From positions 704,001 to 768,000 of the forward strand of contig CAWCKH010000003.1 of NCBI GenBank assembly GCA_963796055.1: 64,000 bases of DNA, in the 5' to 3' direction. The position numbers and the translations under genes were made by a program. This document shows, one piece after another, positions 23,550 through 34,032 of the stretch (positions are counted from its first letter, which is position 1; the number at the start of each line of letters is the position of its first letter). The notes below the pieces were generated by a model, which had not been told where the DNA came from, made no database searches, and saw nothing but the letters and a program-made list of their open reading frames with translations. Source of the DNA: an uncultured delta proteobacterium (GTDB lineage: Bacteria > Myxococcota > Myxococcia > Myxococcales > Myxococcaceae).

Positions 23550-24071
23550 GTGAAATCGCTCCCGCTACTGACCCTGCTCCTCGCCACTGCGGTCCTCGCC
23601 AGCACCGCCGTCCAGATGGACCTCCCGGCCCTCACCGCCGCCGCCTCCGACGTCGTGGAGGCGCGCGTCGTCTCCTCCACCGCCTCCTGGACCGGCGACC
23701 ATCGGCGGATCGTCACCCACGTCGTGGTCGAGGTGGGCGAGGCCTGGAAGGGCACAGCCAGCGGCCGCATCACGGTGGTCCAGCCGGGCGGCGAGCGTGA
23801 CGGTATCGGCCAGCACGTCTCGGGCGTGGCTCGTCTCGCCAGCGGGGAGAGGGTGGTGCTGTTCCTCGAGCGCTCCGGGCCGTACCACCGCGTCGTGGGG
23901 CTGGCCCAGGGCGTGTACCGGATCGTCTCCACCCAGAGCACGGCCGAGCTGCGGGCGGTCCCGGCCGCGCTGGAGGGACTTGATCTCGTACCGCCTCCAG
24001 GGGGCGCGCCGGCGGTCCGGGTCGCCCTGCCCCTGTCCGAGCTCCGCGGCCAGGTGCAGGCGGCGCGATGA
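23550..24071 (+). CDS. Secreted protein, partner of the downstream metalloprotease
   Basis: Signal peptide; ASDVVEARV, PGG, GERVVLFL, GLAQG; ATGA overlap with next gene. Confidence 0.75.
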   Translation: MKSLPLLTLLLATAVLASTAVQMDLPALTAAASDVVEARVVSSTASWTGDHRRIVTHVVVEVGEAWKGTASGRITVVQPGGERDGIGQHVSGVARLASGERVVLFLERSGPYHRVVGLAQGVYRIVSTQSTAELRAVPAALEGLDLVPPPGGAPAVRVALPLSELRGQVQAAR

Positions 24072-24952
24072 AGGCGTCGGTCGCCGTTCTCCTCTCCGGG
24101 CTGCTCCTCGGCCAGTCCATGCTGCAGTACGTCCGGACCAAGACCGAGGACGGACAGCACTGCTTCCGCTGGGCGGTCGCCGCCGGCGCGCGCGGCACGG
24201 TGGCCTTCGTCCAGAGCACCGAGGGACTTCCCAGCCTGGGCGCCGGCGTGTTCGATGCCGTCTCCCGCTCCGCGCAACCCTGGCAGGCGCAGCTCCAGGC
24301 GTGCGGCAACCTCGACCTGGCCGAGGGGAACCGCTCGAGCTCACGGACCATCGGCTACGCCCAGAGTGGCCCGAACGAAAATCTCATCCTGTTCCGCACC
24401 CGTCCCTGCTCCGCAGTGGTGCCGGCAGGAGACCCGTGCGTGGCCGCGGGCAGCTGCGGCAACGCCTACGACTGCTGGGACCACTCGAGCAGCATCGTCG
24501 CGCTCACCACCTCGAGTTACGTGACGACCACCGGGGTGGTGCTCGACGCCGACGTGGAGCTCAACGCCGCCACCGCCTACCCCACGATCGTCGACTCACC
24601 TCCCTGCGCTCCCGGGGCCATCTCCACGGGCTGCGTGGCGAACGACGTCCAGAACGCGATGACCCACGAGCTGGGGCACGTGCTGGGGCTGGCCCACGCC
24701 CCGGACTCGAGCTCGACCATGTACGCCAACGAGCCGCTGGGCGAGACCTCGAAGCGGGTGCTCGACTCGGGAAGCAAGCAGTTCGTCTGCGACGTGTACC
24801 CGGCCGGCCGCGCCTCCAACGACTGCGCGTCGAGCTCGGCGGGAAGCACCTCCTCGGGCTGCAGCGGCGCCCCGGACGGGGGCAGCGTGACCCCGCTGCT
24901 CGCGCTCTTGCTCGGCGTATTCGCCCTGCGCCCTCGTCGGCGAGGCGTCTGA
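24068..24952 (+). CDS. Matrixin-like (M10) zinc metalloprotease with MYXO-CTERM-type sorting tail
   Basis: THELGHVLGLAH, Met-turn STMY; C-terminal GCS...hydrophobic helix...RPRRR. Confidence 0.88.
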   Translation: MKASVAVLLSGLLLGQSMLQYVRTKTEDGQHCFRWAVAAGARGTVAFVQSTEGLPSLGAGVFDAVSRSAQPWQAQLQACGNLDLAEGNRSSSRTIGYAQSGPNENLILFRTRPCSAVVPAGDPCVAAGSCGNAYDCWDHSSSIVALTTSSYVTTTGVVLDADVELNAATAYPTIVDSPPCAPGAISTGCVANDVQNAMTHELGHVLGLAHAPDSSSTMYANEPLGETSKRVLDSGSKQFVCDVYPAGRASNDCASSSAGSTSSGCSGAPDGGSVTPLLALLLGVFALRPRRRGV

Positions 24953-25107
24953 CCCCCGCGCGTCCGGAGGCCGGGCGCACGTTGTCCGTTTCTGGGATTC
25001 GCCGTGCCGCGTGCGCTGCCCCGGCAGCGCCTCCCGAGGGCCGTCAGAGGTGTCTGACACCTCGAAAAGCCCCGTGATTTCAGGGGGGTGGTCCTTCGGA
25101 CCCCGGA

Positions 25108-25123
25108 TGGCACGACGCTCGCT
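25108..25123 (+). promoter_or_regulatory. Putative sigma54 (-24/-12) promoter of the efflux operon
   Basis: TGGCACG-ACGC-TCGCT (GG-N10-GC); perfect palindrome GAGGTGTC-T-GACACCTC at 25047-25063 upstream; the operon encodes a sigma54 activator. Confidence 0.65.
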
Positions 25124-25145
25124 ATCGGCTGCGGCCAGCCTCCCC

Positions 25146-26390
25146 GTGGACATCCCTCGCGAAAGAGTTCGAAACCTCCGTCCGGTTTACCTCGCCGGCG
25201 GGGCCACCGTGCTGGTGGCCCTGCTCGCCCTGGGCCTCACCCGGGTCAAGCCGGCAGCCCCGTCGGTGGAGAAGAGCGGCGTGTGGATCGACACCGTCCA
25301 CCGGGGGGCGATGCTCCGGGCGGTCAAGGGGCCGGGCACCCTGGTCCCCGAGCACATCCGGTGGATCACCGCCGACACCGCCGGCCGCGTGGAGCGCATC
25401 CACCTCCGCCCCGGCGCCGCGGTGAAGGCGGACACCCCGCTGGTCGAGCTCTCCAACCCCGACGTGATGCTCCAGTCGCTCGAGGCCGAGCGTCAGGTCT
25501 CCTCCGCCGAGGCGGATCTGCTGGCGCTCAAGAGCAACCTGGCCACCGATCGGCTCCGGCAGGAGTCCACCGTGGCACAGCTGGAGACCGACACCGCCGA
25601 CGCGCGGCGACGGGCCGAAGCCGACCGGAAGCTCCACGCCAAGGCCATGCTCTCGGACATCGACACCGGCCTGAGCAGCGACCGGGCGAACGACCTCTCC
25701 GAGCGGCTCAAGCTCGGGAAGGACACGGTGCAGGTGCTGCAGCGCAGCCTGGCGGACCGCACCCGCGCCGTCACCGACCAGCTGGAGAAGCTCCGGGCTG
25801 TGGCCCGCTTCAGAAAGCAGCTGGTGGACTCGATGAACGTCCGCGCCGGCGACGACGGCATCCTCCAGGACCTGCCGCTCGAGCTCGGCCAGTGGGTCAC
25901 CCCCGGCACGTTGCTCGCCAAGGTGGTCCAGCCCGGCGAGCTCAAGGCCGAGCTGCGCATTCCCGAGACACAGGCCCGTGACGTCGCGCTCGGCCAGCAC
26001 GTCGAGGTCGATACCCGGAACGGCATCGTCCCCGGCCACGTGCGCCGGGTGAACCCTGCTGCCTCCCAGGGCACGGTGCTGGTGGAGGTGGAGCTGGAAG
26101 GTGCGCTGCCCAAGGGCGCCCGGCCGGACCTGACCGTCGAGGGCACCATCGAGATCGAGAAGCTCCCCGACGTGCTCTACGTGGGCCGCCCCGCCGGCGC
26201 GCAGCCCGAGAGCACGGTGGAGCTGTACCGCCTGGCCCCAGGAAGCGACACCGCGCAGCGCACCCGCGTGGCCCTGGGACGCAGCAGCGTGAACACCATC
26301 GAGGTGAAGAGCGGGCTGTCCGAGGGAGACCGGGTGGTGCTCTCGGACATGTCCGCGTGGGACGCCAGCGAGACCGTGAGGCTCCGATGA
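25146..26390 (+). CDS. Efflux periplasmic adaptor subunit (HlyD/MacA-like)
   Basis: N-terminal TM segment, GRVERI..PG, coiled hairpin, SGLSEGDRVV. Confidence 0.9.
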   Translation: MDIPRERVRNLRPVYLAGGATVLVALLALGLTRVKPAAPSVEKSGVWIDTVHRGAMLRAVKGPGTLVPEHIRWITADTAGRVERIHLRPGAAVKADTPLVELSNPDVMLQSLEAERQVSSAEADLLALKSNLATDRLRQESTVAQLETDTADARRRAEADRKLHAKAMLSDIDTGLSSDRANDLSERLKLGKDTVQVLQRSLADRTRAVTDQLEKLRAVARFRKQLVDSMNVRAGDDGILQDLPLELGQWVTPGTLLAKVVQPGELKAELRIPETQARDVALGQHVEVDTRNGIVPGHVRRVNPAASQGTVLVEVELEGALPKGARPDLTVEGTIEIEKLPDVLYVGRPAGAQPESTVELYRLAPGSDTAQRTRVALGRSSVNTIEVKSGLSEGDRVVLSDMSAWDASETVRLR

Positions 26391-27133
26391 ACGACACTGC
26401 AGTCCAGGCCGTAGCTCGAGACGCTCGCCCCGCCGCCGGACAGCGGCTGCTCCATCTGGAGGGCGTGACCAAGGTCTTCCTCACTGACGAGGTGGAGACC
26501 CACGCGCTTTCCAACGTGCACATGACGGTGCACCAGGGCGAGTGGGTGGCCATCGTCGGCCCCTCGGGCTCGGGCAAGACGACCTTGCTCGCCATCCTCG
26601 GGCTGCTCGACACGCCGACGTCGGGGAACTACCTGCTCGACGGCCGTCCGGTGTCCGGGCTGAGCGCGTCCCAGCGGGCCTGGGTCCGGAATCGGCAGAT
26701 CGGCTTCATCTTCCAGAGCTTCAACCTCATCGGCGACCTGACGGTGTTCGAGAACGTGGAGCTCCCCTTGACCTACCGGGGCATGCCCGCGGCGGAGCGG
26801 AAGCGGCGGGTGGAGAGCGCGCTGGAGCGGGTGGGCATGGCCCATCGCCGCAAGCACCTCCCGGGGCAGCTCTCGGGCGGTCAGCAGCAGCGCGTGGCGG
26901 TGGCCCGGGCTGTGGCCGGCGACCCGCTGCTCCTGCTCGCCGACGAGCCCACCGGAAACCTCGACTCGAAGAACGGCCAGGCGGTGATGGAGCTGCTGCG
27001 CGAGCTGCACGCCGGCGGGGCCACCCTCTGCATGGTCACCCACGACCTCGGTCACGCCAAGCTCGCCACCCGCACGGTGAGCCTCTTCGACGGCCGGGTG
27101 GTGGAGGACGACACCGCGGGCGCGCTGGGGTGA
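26387..27133 (+). CDS. ABC transporter ATP-binding protein (LolD/MacB-like)
   Basis: GPSGSGKTT, FQSFNL, LSGGQQQRVA, ADEPTGNLD. Confidence 0.95.
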   Translation: MNDTAVQAVARDARPAAGQRLLHLEGVTKVFLTDEVETHALSNVHMTVHQGEWVAIVGPSGSGKTTLLAILGLLDTPTSGNYLLDGRPVSGLSASQRAWVRNRQIGFIFQSFNLIGDLTVFENVELPLTYRGMPAAERKRRVESALERVGMAHRRKHLPGQLSGGQQQRVAVARAVAGDPLLLLADEPTGNLDSKNGQAVMELLRELHAGGATLCMVTHDLGHAKLATRTVSLFDGRVVEDDTAGALG

Positions 27134-27141
27134 TCGGGGCG

Positions 27142-27381
27142 ATGGACGCCAGAGCAGAGCATCGGGCTGCGATCCTGCTGCTGCTCGCCACCGTGCTGCT
27201 CGCGGTGGGCGTCCGCCTCTCCGAGGATCCGGCGGTCGCCGCCGCGGCGCGCACGGTGCGCACCCGCCCCCTCGAGCACGCCGCCGCCGCGGCGGACTGG
27301 GCGGCGCAGGTGCTGTGGAGCCAGCAGCCGCGCCCGGAGCGCGTGGCCCACATGGGCTGCCAGGGGAGGCGCTGGGAATGA
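27142..27381 (+). CDS. Small single-TM hypothetical protein
   Basis: Fills the operon gap; hydrophobic ILLLLATVLLAVGV; ATGA overlap with next gene. Confidence 0.45.
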   Translation: MDARAEHRAAILLLLATVLLAVGVRLSEDPAVAAAARTVRTRPLEHAAAAADWAAQVLWSQQPRPERVAHMGCQGRRWE

Positions 27382-28040
27382 TCCGAGTGAAGAACCTCGA
27401 GAAGTCGGTGCGCTCCGGCACGGGCGCGCTGTTCCTGCTCCGGAACGTGAACCTCGCGGTGGAGAAGGGAGACTTCCTCACCCTGATGGGCCCGTCGGGC
27501 GCGGGGAAGAGCACCCTGCTGGCGGTGCTGGGGATGCTCGACGCCGACTGGACCGGCGAGTACGAGCTGGACGGAAACCAGGTTCACCGGTTGCCGCCGC
27601 GTGACCGTCAGGCGCTCGCCCGGCGCCACGTGGGGTTCGTCTTCCAGCGCTACCACCTGCTCGACGACCTGACCGTGGCCGAGAACCTCGAGGTCCCGCT
27701 GGGATACCGGGGGTTCTCGCGCAAGGAGATCCAGGCCCGGGTGGCGGACACGCTCGACCGCTTCCGCATCGTGGGAAAGAAGGACCTCTACCCTTCCCAG
27801 CTCTCGGGCGGCCAGCAGCAGCTGGTGGGGGTGGCCCGGGCCATCATCCACGAGCCCAGCCTGCTGCTGGCCGACGAACCCACCGGAAATCTGCACTCGG
27901 AGCAGGCCACGGAAATCATGGCGCTGTTCCGGCGTCTCAACGCCGAAGGCACCACCATCGTCCAGGTGACCCACAGTGCAGACAACGCCAGTTACGGAAG
28001 ACGCACCCTCCACATGGCCGACGGCTGGCTCCGGGACTAG
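27378..28040 (+). CDS. Second ABC transporter ATP-binding protein
   Basis: GPSGAGKST, LSGGQQQLVG, ADEPTGNLH. Confidence 0.93.
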   Translation: MIRVKNLEKSVRSGTGALFLLRNVNLAVEKGDFLTLMGPSGAGKSTLLAVLGMLDADWTGEYELDGNQVHRLPPRDRQALARRHVGFVFQRYHLLDDLTVAENLEVPLGYRGFSRKEIQARVADTLDRFRIVGKKDLYPSQLSGGQQQLVGVARAIIHEPSLLLADEPTGNLHSEQATEIMALFRRLNAEGTTIVQVTHSADNASYGRRTLHMADGWLRD

Positions 28041-28053
28041 GAGGAAACGCACC

Positions 28054-29418
28054 GTGTCCCTGGCCCAGCCCCGCATCCTGGTCGCGGACGACCAGCCGGA
28101 CGTGGTGGAGGCCCTCCGGCTCCTCCTCAAGGCCAACGGCTTCAGCGTGGTGCCCACCAGCTCTCCCTCCGGCGTCCTGGGCGCGGTGGAGACCGAGGAC
28201 GTGGACGTGGTGCTGATGGACCTCAACTACACCCGCGACACCACCTCGGGCCGCGAGGGCCTGGAGCTGCTGGCCAGGCTGCAGCAGCTCGACCCGCAGC
28301 TGCCGGTGGTGGTGATGACCGCCTGGGGCAGCGTGGAGGGCGCGGTGGACGCGATCCGCGGCGGGGCCCGCGACTACGTCACCAAGCCCTGGGACAACAC
28401 CCGGCTGGTCACCACCTTGCGGAGCCAGGTCGAGCTGGGGGACGCGCTGCGGCGCAGCCGCCGGCTGTCGGCGGAGAACGAGCGGCTGCAGACCCGCGCC
28501 CCGGGGATGGTCGCCGAGTCGCGGGCGATGAAGGCGGTGCTGGAGCTGGTGGACCGCATCGCCCCCTCGGACGCCAACGTGCTCATCACCGGCGAGCACG
28601 GGACGGGCAAGGAGGTGGTGGCCCGGCGCATCCACGCCATGAGCCACCGCGCCGGCAAGCCGTTCGTCCCGGTCAACGCCGGGGCGGTGAGCGAGGGCGT
28701 GTTCGAGAGCGAGCTCTTCGGACACGTCAAGGGCGCCTTCACCGACGCCAAGGCGGACCGGACCGGCTGCTTCGAGCTCGCCGACCAGGGCACGCTCTTC
28801 ATGGACGAAGTGGCGAACATGCCGCTGGGACAGCAGGCCAAGCTGCTCCGGGTGCTGCAGACCGGCGAGTTCCACCCGGTGGGGAGCAGCCGCGTCCGCC
28901 GGGCAGACACCCGGGTGCTCGCCGCGACCAACGCCGACCTGCACGCCGGGGTGAAGTCCGGCGCCTTCCGCGAGGACCTCCTGTACCGGCTGAACACGGT
29001 GGAGGTGGTGCTCCCGCCGCTCCGCGACCGCCGGGAGGACATTCCCGTACTGGCCAGCGCCTTCCTCGCCGCGCAGGCCGCCCGCTACCGCAAGCCGGTG
29101 CAGCGCTTCGGCGCCGCGGCGCTCAAGGCGCTGCTCGAGTACCCCTGGCCGGGCAACGTCCGTGAGCTGGAGCACTGCGTGGAGCGGGCGGTGCTGATGG
29201 CCCGCGGCGCCGAGCTCACCCCGGAGGACCTGGTCCTCCGTCCGCGCGACGGCGGGGCCCGGGTCGAGGACATGACCCTGGAGGACTCCGAGCGGTACCT
29301 CATCCAGCGGGCGCTCGGGCGTACCGACGGCAGCGTGAGCGATGCGGCGAGGCTGCTCGGCCTGTCGCGCAGCGCGCTGTACCGTCGGCTCCAGCAGTAC
29401 GGGCTGAAGGCCAGCTGA
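28054..29418 (+). CDS. Sigma54-dependent response regulator (REC-AAA+-Fis HTH)
   Basis: VADD..MD receiver, GEHGTGKE, ESELFGHVKGAFTDA, WPGNVREL, LGLSRSALYRRL. Confidence 0.95.
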   Translation: MSLAQPRILVADDQPDVVEALRLLLKANGFSVVPTSSPSGVLGAVETEDVDVVLMDLNYTRDTTSGREGLELLARLQQLDPQLPVVVMTAWGSVEGAVDAIRGGARDYVTKPWDNTRLVTTLRSQVELGDALRRSRRLSAENERLQTRAPGMVAESRAMKAVLELVDRIAPSDANVLITGEHGTGKEVVARRIHAMSHRAGKPFVPVNAGAVSEGVFESELFGHVKGAFTDAKADRTGCFELADQGTLFMDEVANMPLGQQAKLLRVLQTGEFHPVGSSRVRRADTRVLAATNADLHAGVKSGAFREDLLYRLNTVEVVLPPLRDRREDIPVLASAFLAAQAARYRKPVQRFGAAALKALLEYPWPGNVRELEHCVERAVLMARGAELTPEDLVLRPRDGGARVEDMTLEDSERYLIQRALGRTDGSVSDAARLLGLSRSALYRRLQQYGLKAS

Positions 29419-29444
29419 CCTGGCATTCTCGGCCCTGGTCGGAC

Positions 29445-30794
29445 ATGGGTCGATTCCTCACCTTCGAGCGGAGGCTCGCCCTCGGCGCAGCATTGGCGGT
29501 GCTGCCGGGGCTGGTGCTGGCCGCGGTGCTCGCCTTCCACGCCCTGCCCCCGGGCTGGCTCCGCTGGGCACTGGTGGGCGGGGCGCTCGCGGCCTCGCTG
29601 GTGGTGGTCGCACAGCTCCGGGCCCGGCTGGTCCTCCGGCTCAAGACGCTGAGCAACCTGGTCTCCGCGCTCCGTGAGGGTGACTACTCCGTCCGGGGGC
29701 GCGACGCGGACCGCGACGACCCGCTGGGCGAGGTCGTCTGGGAGGTGAACGCGCTGGGCGACCAGCTCCGCACCCAGCGTCTCGGGGAGCTGGAGGCCAG
29801 CGCCCTGCTCGGGCAGGTGCTGGAGGAGATCGACGTCGGCATCTTCGCCTTCGACGACGTCCCCGCGCTCCGGCTGGTCAACCGGGCCGGAGCCAGGCTG
29901 CTGCAGCGAGCGCCCTCGCACCTGCTGGGCCGCGACGCGGAATCGCTGGGAATGGCCGGCCTGCTGGAGGGCGACACGCCGCGACGGGTGGACACCGACT
30001 TCGGCGGACAGGGCGGCCCATACGAGCTGCGCCGCTCGCAGTTCCGCCGTGAGGGGCTGCCCCACACCCTGGTGGTGCTGGCCGACCTCCGGCGGGTGGT
30101 GCGTGAGGAGGAGCGTGCGGCGTGGCAGCGCATCGTCCGGGTGCTCAGCCACGAGATCAACAACTCGCTCGCCCCCATCCAGAGCATCGCCGCCAGTCTC
30201 CAGGGGGTACTGGGCAAGGGAGAGCCCTCGGAGTGGGTGCCGGACGTGCGCTCCGGACTGACGGTGGTCGCCCGGCGGAGCGAGGCGCTCTCGCGGTTCC
30301 TCGCCGCCTACGCCCGGCTGGCGAAGCTGCCGCCGCCGAGCCTGACAGCGGTGAGCGTGCCGGCGCTGGTGCAGCGGGTGACTGCGCTCGACCGCACCCC
30401 CGGAGTGCGGGTGGTGCCGGGACCGCCGGCGTGGGTCCGCGGCGATGCCGACCAGCTGGAGCAGCTGCTGATCAATCTCATCAAGAACGCCGTCGAGGCG
30501 GCGAGCACCACCGGGGGCGGGGTCAGCATCGGCTGGCAGGAGGCGCCCGGCGAGGTGGAGCTGGTGGTCTCGGACGAAGGACCGGGGCTGCTGGACTCGC
30601 GCAACCTCTTCGTCCCCTTCTACACCACCAAGCCCGAGGGCTCGGGCATCGGGCTGGTGCTGTGCAGACAGATCGCCGAGGCGCACCGGGGGACGCTCAG
30701 CCTGCGCAACGCGGAGGGTCGCCGGGGGTGTGACGCCCGGCTCCGGCTCCCCCGGGTGGCGCCGCCACAGGAGGCACAGCTTCCATCGGCCTGA
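29445..30794 (+). CDS. Sensor histidine kinase
   Basis: Two TM helices, HAMP, LSHEINNSL H-box, NLIKNA, DEGPG, FYTTK..GSGIGL. Confidence 0.93.
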   Translation: MGRFLTFERRLALGAALAVLPGLVLAAVLAFHALPPGWLRWALVGGALAASLVVVAQLRARLVLRLKTLSNLVSALREGDYSVRGRDADRDDPLGEVVWEVNALGDQLRTQRLGELEASALLGQVLEEIDVGIFAFDDVPALRLVNRAGARLLQRAPSHLLGRDAESLGMAGLLEGDTPRRVDTDFGGQGGPYELRRSQFRREGLPHTLVVLADLRRVVREEERAAWQRIVRVLSHEINNSLAPIQSIAASLQGVLGKGEPSEWVPDVRSGLTVVARRSEALSRFLAAYARLAKLPPPSLTAVSVPALVQRVTALDRTPGVRVVPGPPAWVRGDADQLEQLLINLIKNAVEAASTTGGGVSIGWQEAPGEVELVVSDEGPGLLDSRNLFVPFYTTKPEGSGIGLVLCRQIAEAHRGTLSLRNAEGRRGCDARLRLPRVAPPQEAQLPSA

Positions 30795-30874
30795 GAGGTG
30801 CGGGCTCGGGACGCCCGGTCCCAGAACCGCACACCCCTCCGGCGCCCAGCCCGGGTCGGAGCGGGAGTGTTCCA

Positions 30875-30890
30875 CGGCCCACCGCTTGCT
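30875..30890 (+). promoter_or_regulatory. Second putative sigma54 promoter, before the permease
   Basis: CGGCCCA-CCGC-TTGCT (GG-N10-GC); upstream dyad GTGCGG..GGGAC/GTCCC..CCGCAC at ~30798-30832. Confidence 0.55.
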
Positions 30891-30927
30891 CAGGGACGTG
30901 GCGCTGCGGTGTCGTCGGGAGGCATCG

Positions 30928-33350
30928 ATGTCGCCCCTCGGGCTGGGAGTCCGTCATGCACTGCGCCGGACCGCGCGCGCCCCGGCCTTCTCCGCGGGGG
31001 TCGTCCTCACGCTCGGGCTGTGCATCGCAGCCAACGCGATCATCGCCACCGGCATCGAGGGGGTGCTCCTCCGCGCACTGCCGTTCCGGGACCCCTCGCG
31101 CCTGGTGTGGATCTGGTCCACGCGGACCGACCGCGACCGCGCCTTCTTCTCGGTCCCCAACTTCGAGGACACCCGCGCCCGGACCACCCGCCTGGACGCG
31201 CTGGTGGGCCTGGCGACCTGGGGGGTGAACCTGAGCGGTGACGGACCCCCGGTGCGCCTCACCGGCATCCGTGCCTCGGGCGAGCTGGGGGCCTTGCTCG
31301 GCGTCGTCCCGGTGCTGGGCCGGATGCTCGAGCGCGGCGACGACGACCCTTCCCGCCCGGCGGTGGTTCTGCTCGGGCACCGGCTCTGGGTCGACCGCTT
31401 CGGGCGCTCGCCGTCGGTGCTGGGGGCGACGCTCATCCTGGACGGTGAGCCCACCACGGTGGTGGGTGTGTTGCCCGAGACGTTCTCGCTCCCCAACCTC
31501 TCCACCGAGCTGCTCGCTCCGCTGCGGGCCGCTGCGGACCCTCGTCGCCACGAGCGCGGCTCCAATTTCCTGCGGGTCATCGCCCATCTCGCGCCTGGGG
31601 CCACCGTGGCCCAGGTGCGCCAGGAGCTGGCGGACATCACCGCCGACCTGGCGGTGCGCTACCCCGAGGAGGACGCCAAGCTCGCCGCGCCGCGCGTGCG
31701 AACCCTCCAGGACGAGTGGGTGGGCGCGTACCGGACGGGATTTCTCTTGCTCGGCGCGGCCGGAATCCTGTTGTTGCTCATCGCCACCGCGAACCTCTCC
31801 AGCCTCTTTCTCGCCCGGGTGGCCGCGCGCCGCTCCGAGCTCGCCGTGCGCTGGGCCCTGGGAGCGAGCCGGGGCGCGCTGCTGACCGACCTGGCCGCGG
31901 AGGCCACGCTCCTCACCGGGACGGGAACCGCTCTGGGTCTGCTGCTGGCCTGGCTGGGGCAGGACGTCCTGCGGCGGCTCGCGCCGGCCGATCTGCCCCG
32001 CCTCGCCGAGCTGGGGCTCGACTGGCGCATCGCGCTCTACGCCGCGGGCCTGCTGGTGGCGGTGACCGCGCTGCTGGTGGCCGGGGCGGCGGCGGCCTCC
32101 TCCGCCCCTCGCACCGCGGCGGAGCTGACCACGCATGCGACCGCGGGACGCTCCGCGCTCCAGCTCCGGGCGGTGCTGGTGGCGACGGAGGCGGCTCTGG
32201 CCGGCGTGCTGCTGGTGGCGGTGGGCCTCCTCTGGAGGAGCGAGTCGGCGCTGCTCCGCGTCGACCCCGGCGTGCGTCTGGCCGGGCTGTCGGTCACCCG
32301 GATCTCGCTGCCCGCCGCGCGCTACCGGACCCCGGCCGCGCTGCGTGGCTTCCACGATGTGCTGGAAGAAAGGGTGGCGGAGGACGCCCGGATCGCGCTG
32401 GTCAACGTGCTTCCGCTGAGCGGGGTGAACAGCCGCACCGACTTCGACATCGTCGACCGTCCGGCGCCCTCGCGGACGGCGCAGCCCGGCGCCCAGACCC
32501 GCTGGGTGAGCCCGGCGTACTTCGAGACGGCGGGTATCCGGGTGCGGGAGGGGCGCGGGTTCGGACCCGAGGACGATGCGGAGCACCCGCGGGTGGTGGT
32601 GGTGGACGAGGCGCTGGCCCGTGCCTTCTGGCCGGGCACGAGCCCGCTCGGGGCGACGCTCCACGTGAGCTTCACCGCCGAGCCCGCGGCCGACTACCGG
32701 GTGGTGGGCGTGGTGGCCAGCGTGAAGCACGAGGCGCTGGACGAGGCCCCCGCCGGTACGCTCTACGCCCCGCTGTACCAGGTCCCCGGGCCGGTGGTGC
32801 CGTACCTCCGGACCGGCCTGTCGGTGCTGGTACGGCCGGAGCGGACCGGGCCCGCGCTTGCCCGGCGGATGGTCGATGCCATTCACGCGGTCGACCCGGA
32901 GATTCCCGTCTCCGCGGTCCAGTCCGGCGAGTCGCTGCTCGGCGGCGTGCTGTCGGCGCGCCGATCGGCGGTGCGACTCCTCGAGCTGTTTGCCATCGCC
33001 GCGCTCGCGCTCTGCCTCTCGGGGCTGTACGCGGTGCTGGCCTACGCGCAGGTGCAGCGGCGCCGGGAGCTGGCCATCCGCAGCGCGCTCGGGGCCACAC
33101 CGCTCACCCAGGCAGGCTCGGTGCTGCGTGCCGGGGTGCGCTGGGTGGGCGCCGGCGGCCTGCTCGGAACCACGCTGGGTACGCTGGGCGCCTCCGCCTT
33201 CACCAGGCTCCTCTTCGGCGTCCACCCGCTCGACCTGCCCACCCTCGGTGGTGTCCTCGCGGTGCTGGTGCTCACCGCCGTTCTGGCGAGCATCTGGCCG
33301 GCGCTGCAAGCGGCGCGCACCTGCCCGGACCGGCGCTGGCCGCCGACTAG
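30928..33350 (+). CDS. Duplicated MacB/FtsX-type ABC permease (ADOP-like); apparent frameshift in the last ~10 codons
   Basis: Two MacB_PCD+FtsX halves (ELAVRWALGASR, ELAIRSALGA). A plausible C-terminus (PALAAD*) ends at 33350 in another frame, while the in-frame ORF runs to 33840. Confidence 0.85.
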
Positions 33351-33409
33351 AGGCGACTCGAGGGCAGCGCTCGGCTGCCGAGAATCCGCGTGCGGCCGCT
33401 CCGTACGGC

Positions 33410-33796
33410 TCAGGACATCGATGCCCCTCGCTCCAGAAGCAGCGCGCGGAGGAGCGAGCGGTGGCAGCGGGTCTCGTCCTCGCAGTAGCAGCCGACGGAG
33501 AAGTCGGTGCGGTGGGAGAGCGCAGCCAGGAGGTCGAGCACGTGGCTCGCCTCCGGCCGCGCCATCTCCTTCCGGTATGCGCGGACGAACCTCTTCCAGG
33601 CCGGATCGCTCATCTCCCCGCGGAACGCGGTCATCGTCTCCGCCGATGGCGCGAGAAGCGGGAACCACAGGTCGTAGAAGTCACGGGCGGCGATCTGCTC
33701 CTTGCGGACCCCGCGGGGCGGACGGCGCACGGTGCCGATCCGCAACCCCTCCCCGGGTGCGCGCCCCGTTCCCAGCCGGACCACTCGCATGCTCAC
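33410..33796 (-). CDS. DUF488/YeaO-like protein
   Basis: TVRRPPRGV, WFPLLAPS, F...YRKEM, CYCEDETRCHRS. Confidence 0.8.
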   Translation of the reverse strand: MSMRVVRLGTGRAPGEGLRIGTVRRPPRGVRKEQIAARDFYDLWFPLLAPSAETMTAFRGEMSDPAWKRFVRAYRKEMARPEASHVLDLLAALSHRTDFSVGCYCEDETRCHRSLLRALLLERGASMS

Positions 33797-34032
33797 GACG
33801 CGGAAGCTGTCTAGCGACGGGGCGTCCCGGGAGGCAATGAAATCTTGAAACCCCGGTGGAGGTCGCGCCCGAGCGAGTCGGCGGCCTGGGTCGAAGACGC
33901 CCGCAGCCCTCGCTCCGCCTCGGAGCCGGATGAGCCGATTTAGATTCCCATCCCCGCGTCCACGAGTTCATCATGGATCACCGGGTGCTGTTGGCCTGAC
34001 GAGGACCTCTCTGTCGAGGTGGAAAGGGCCTC

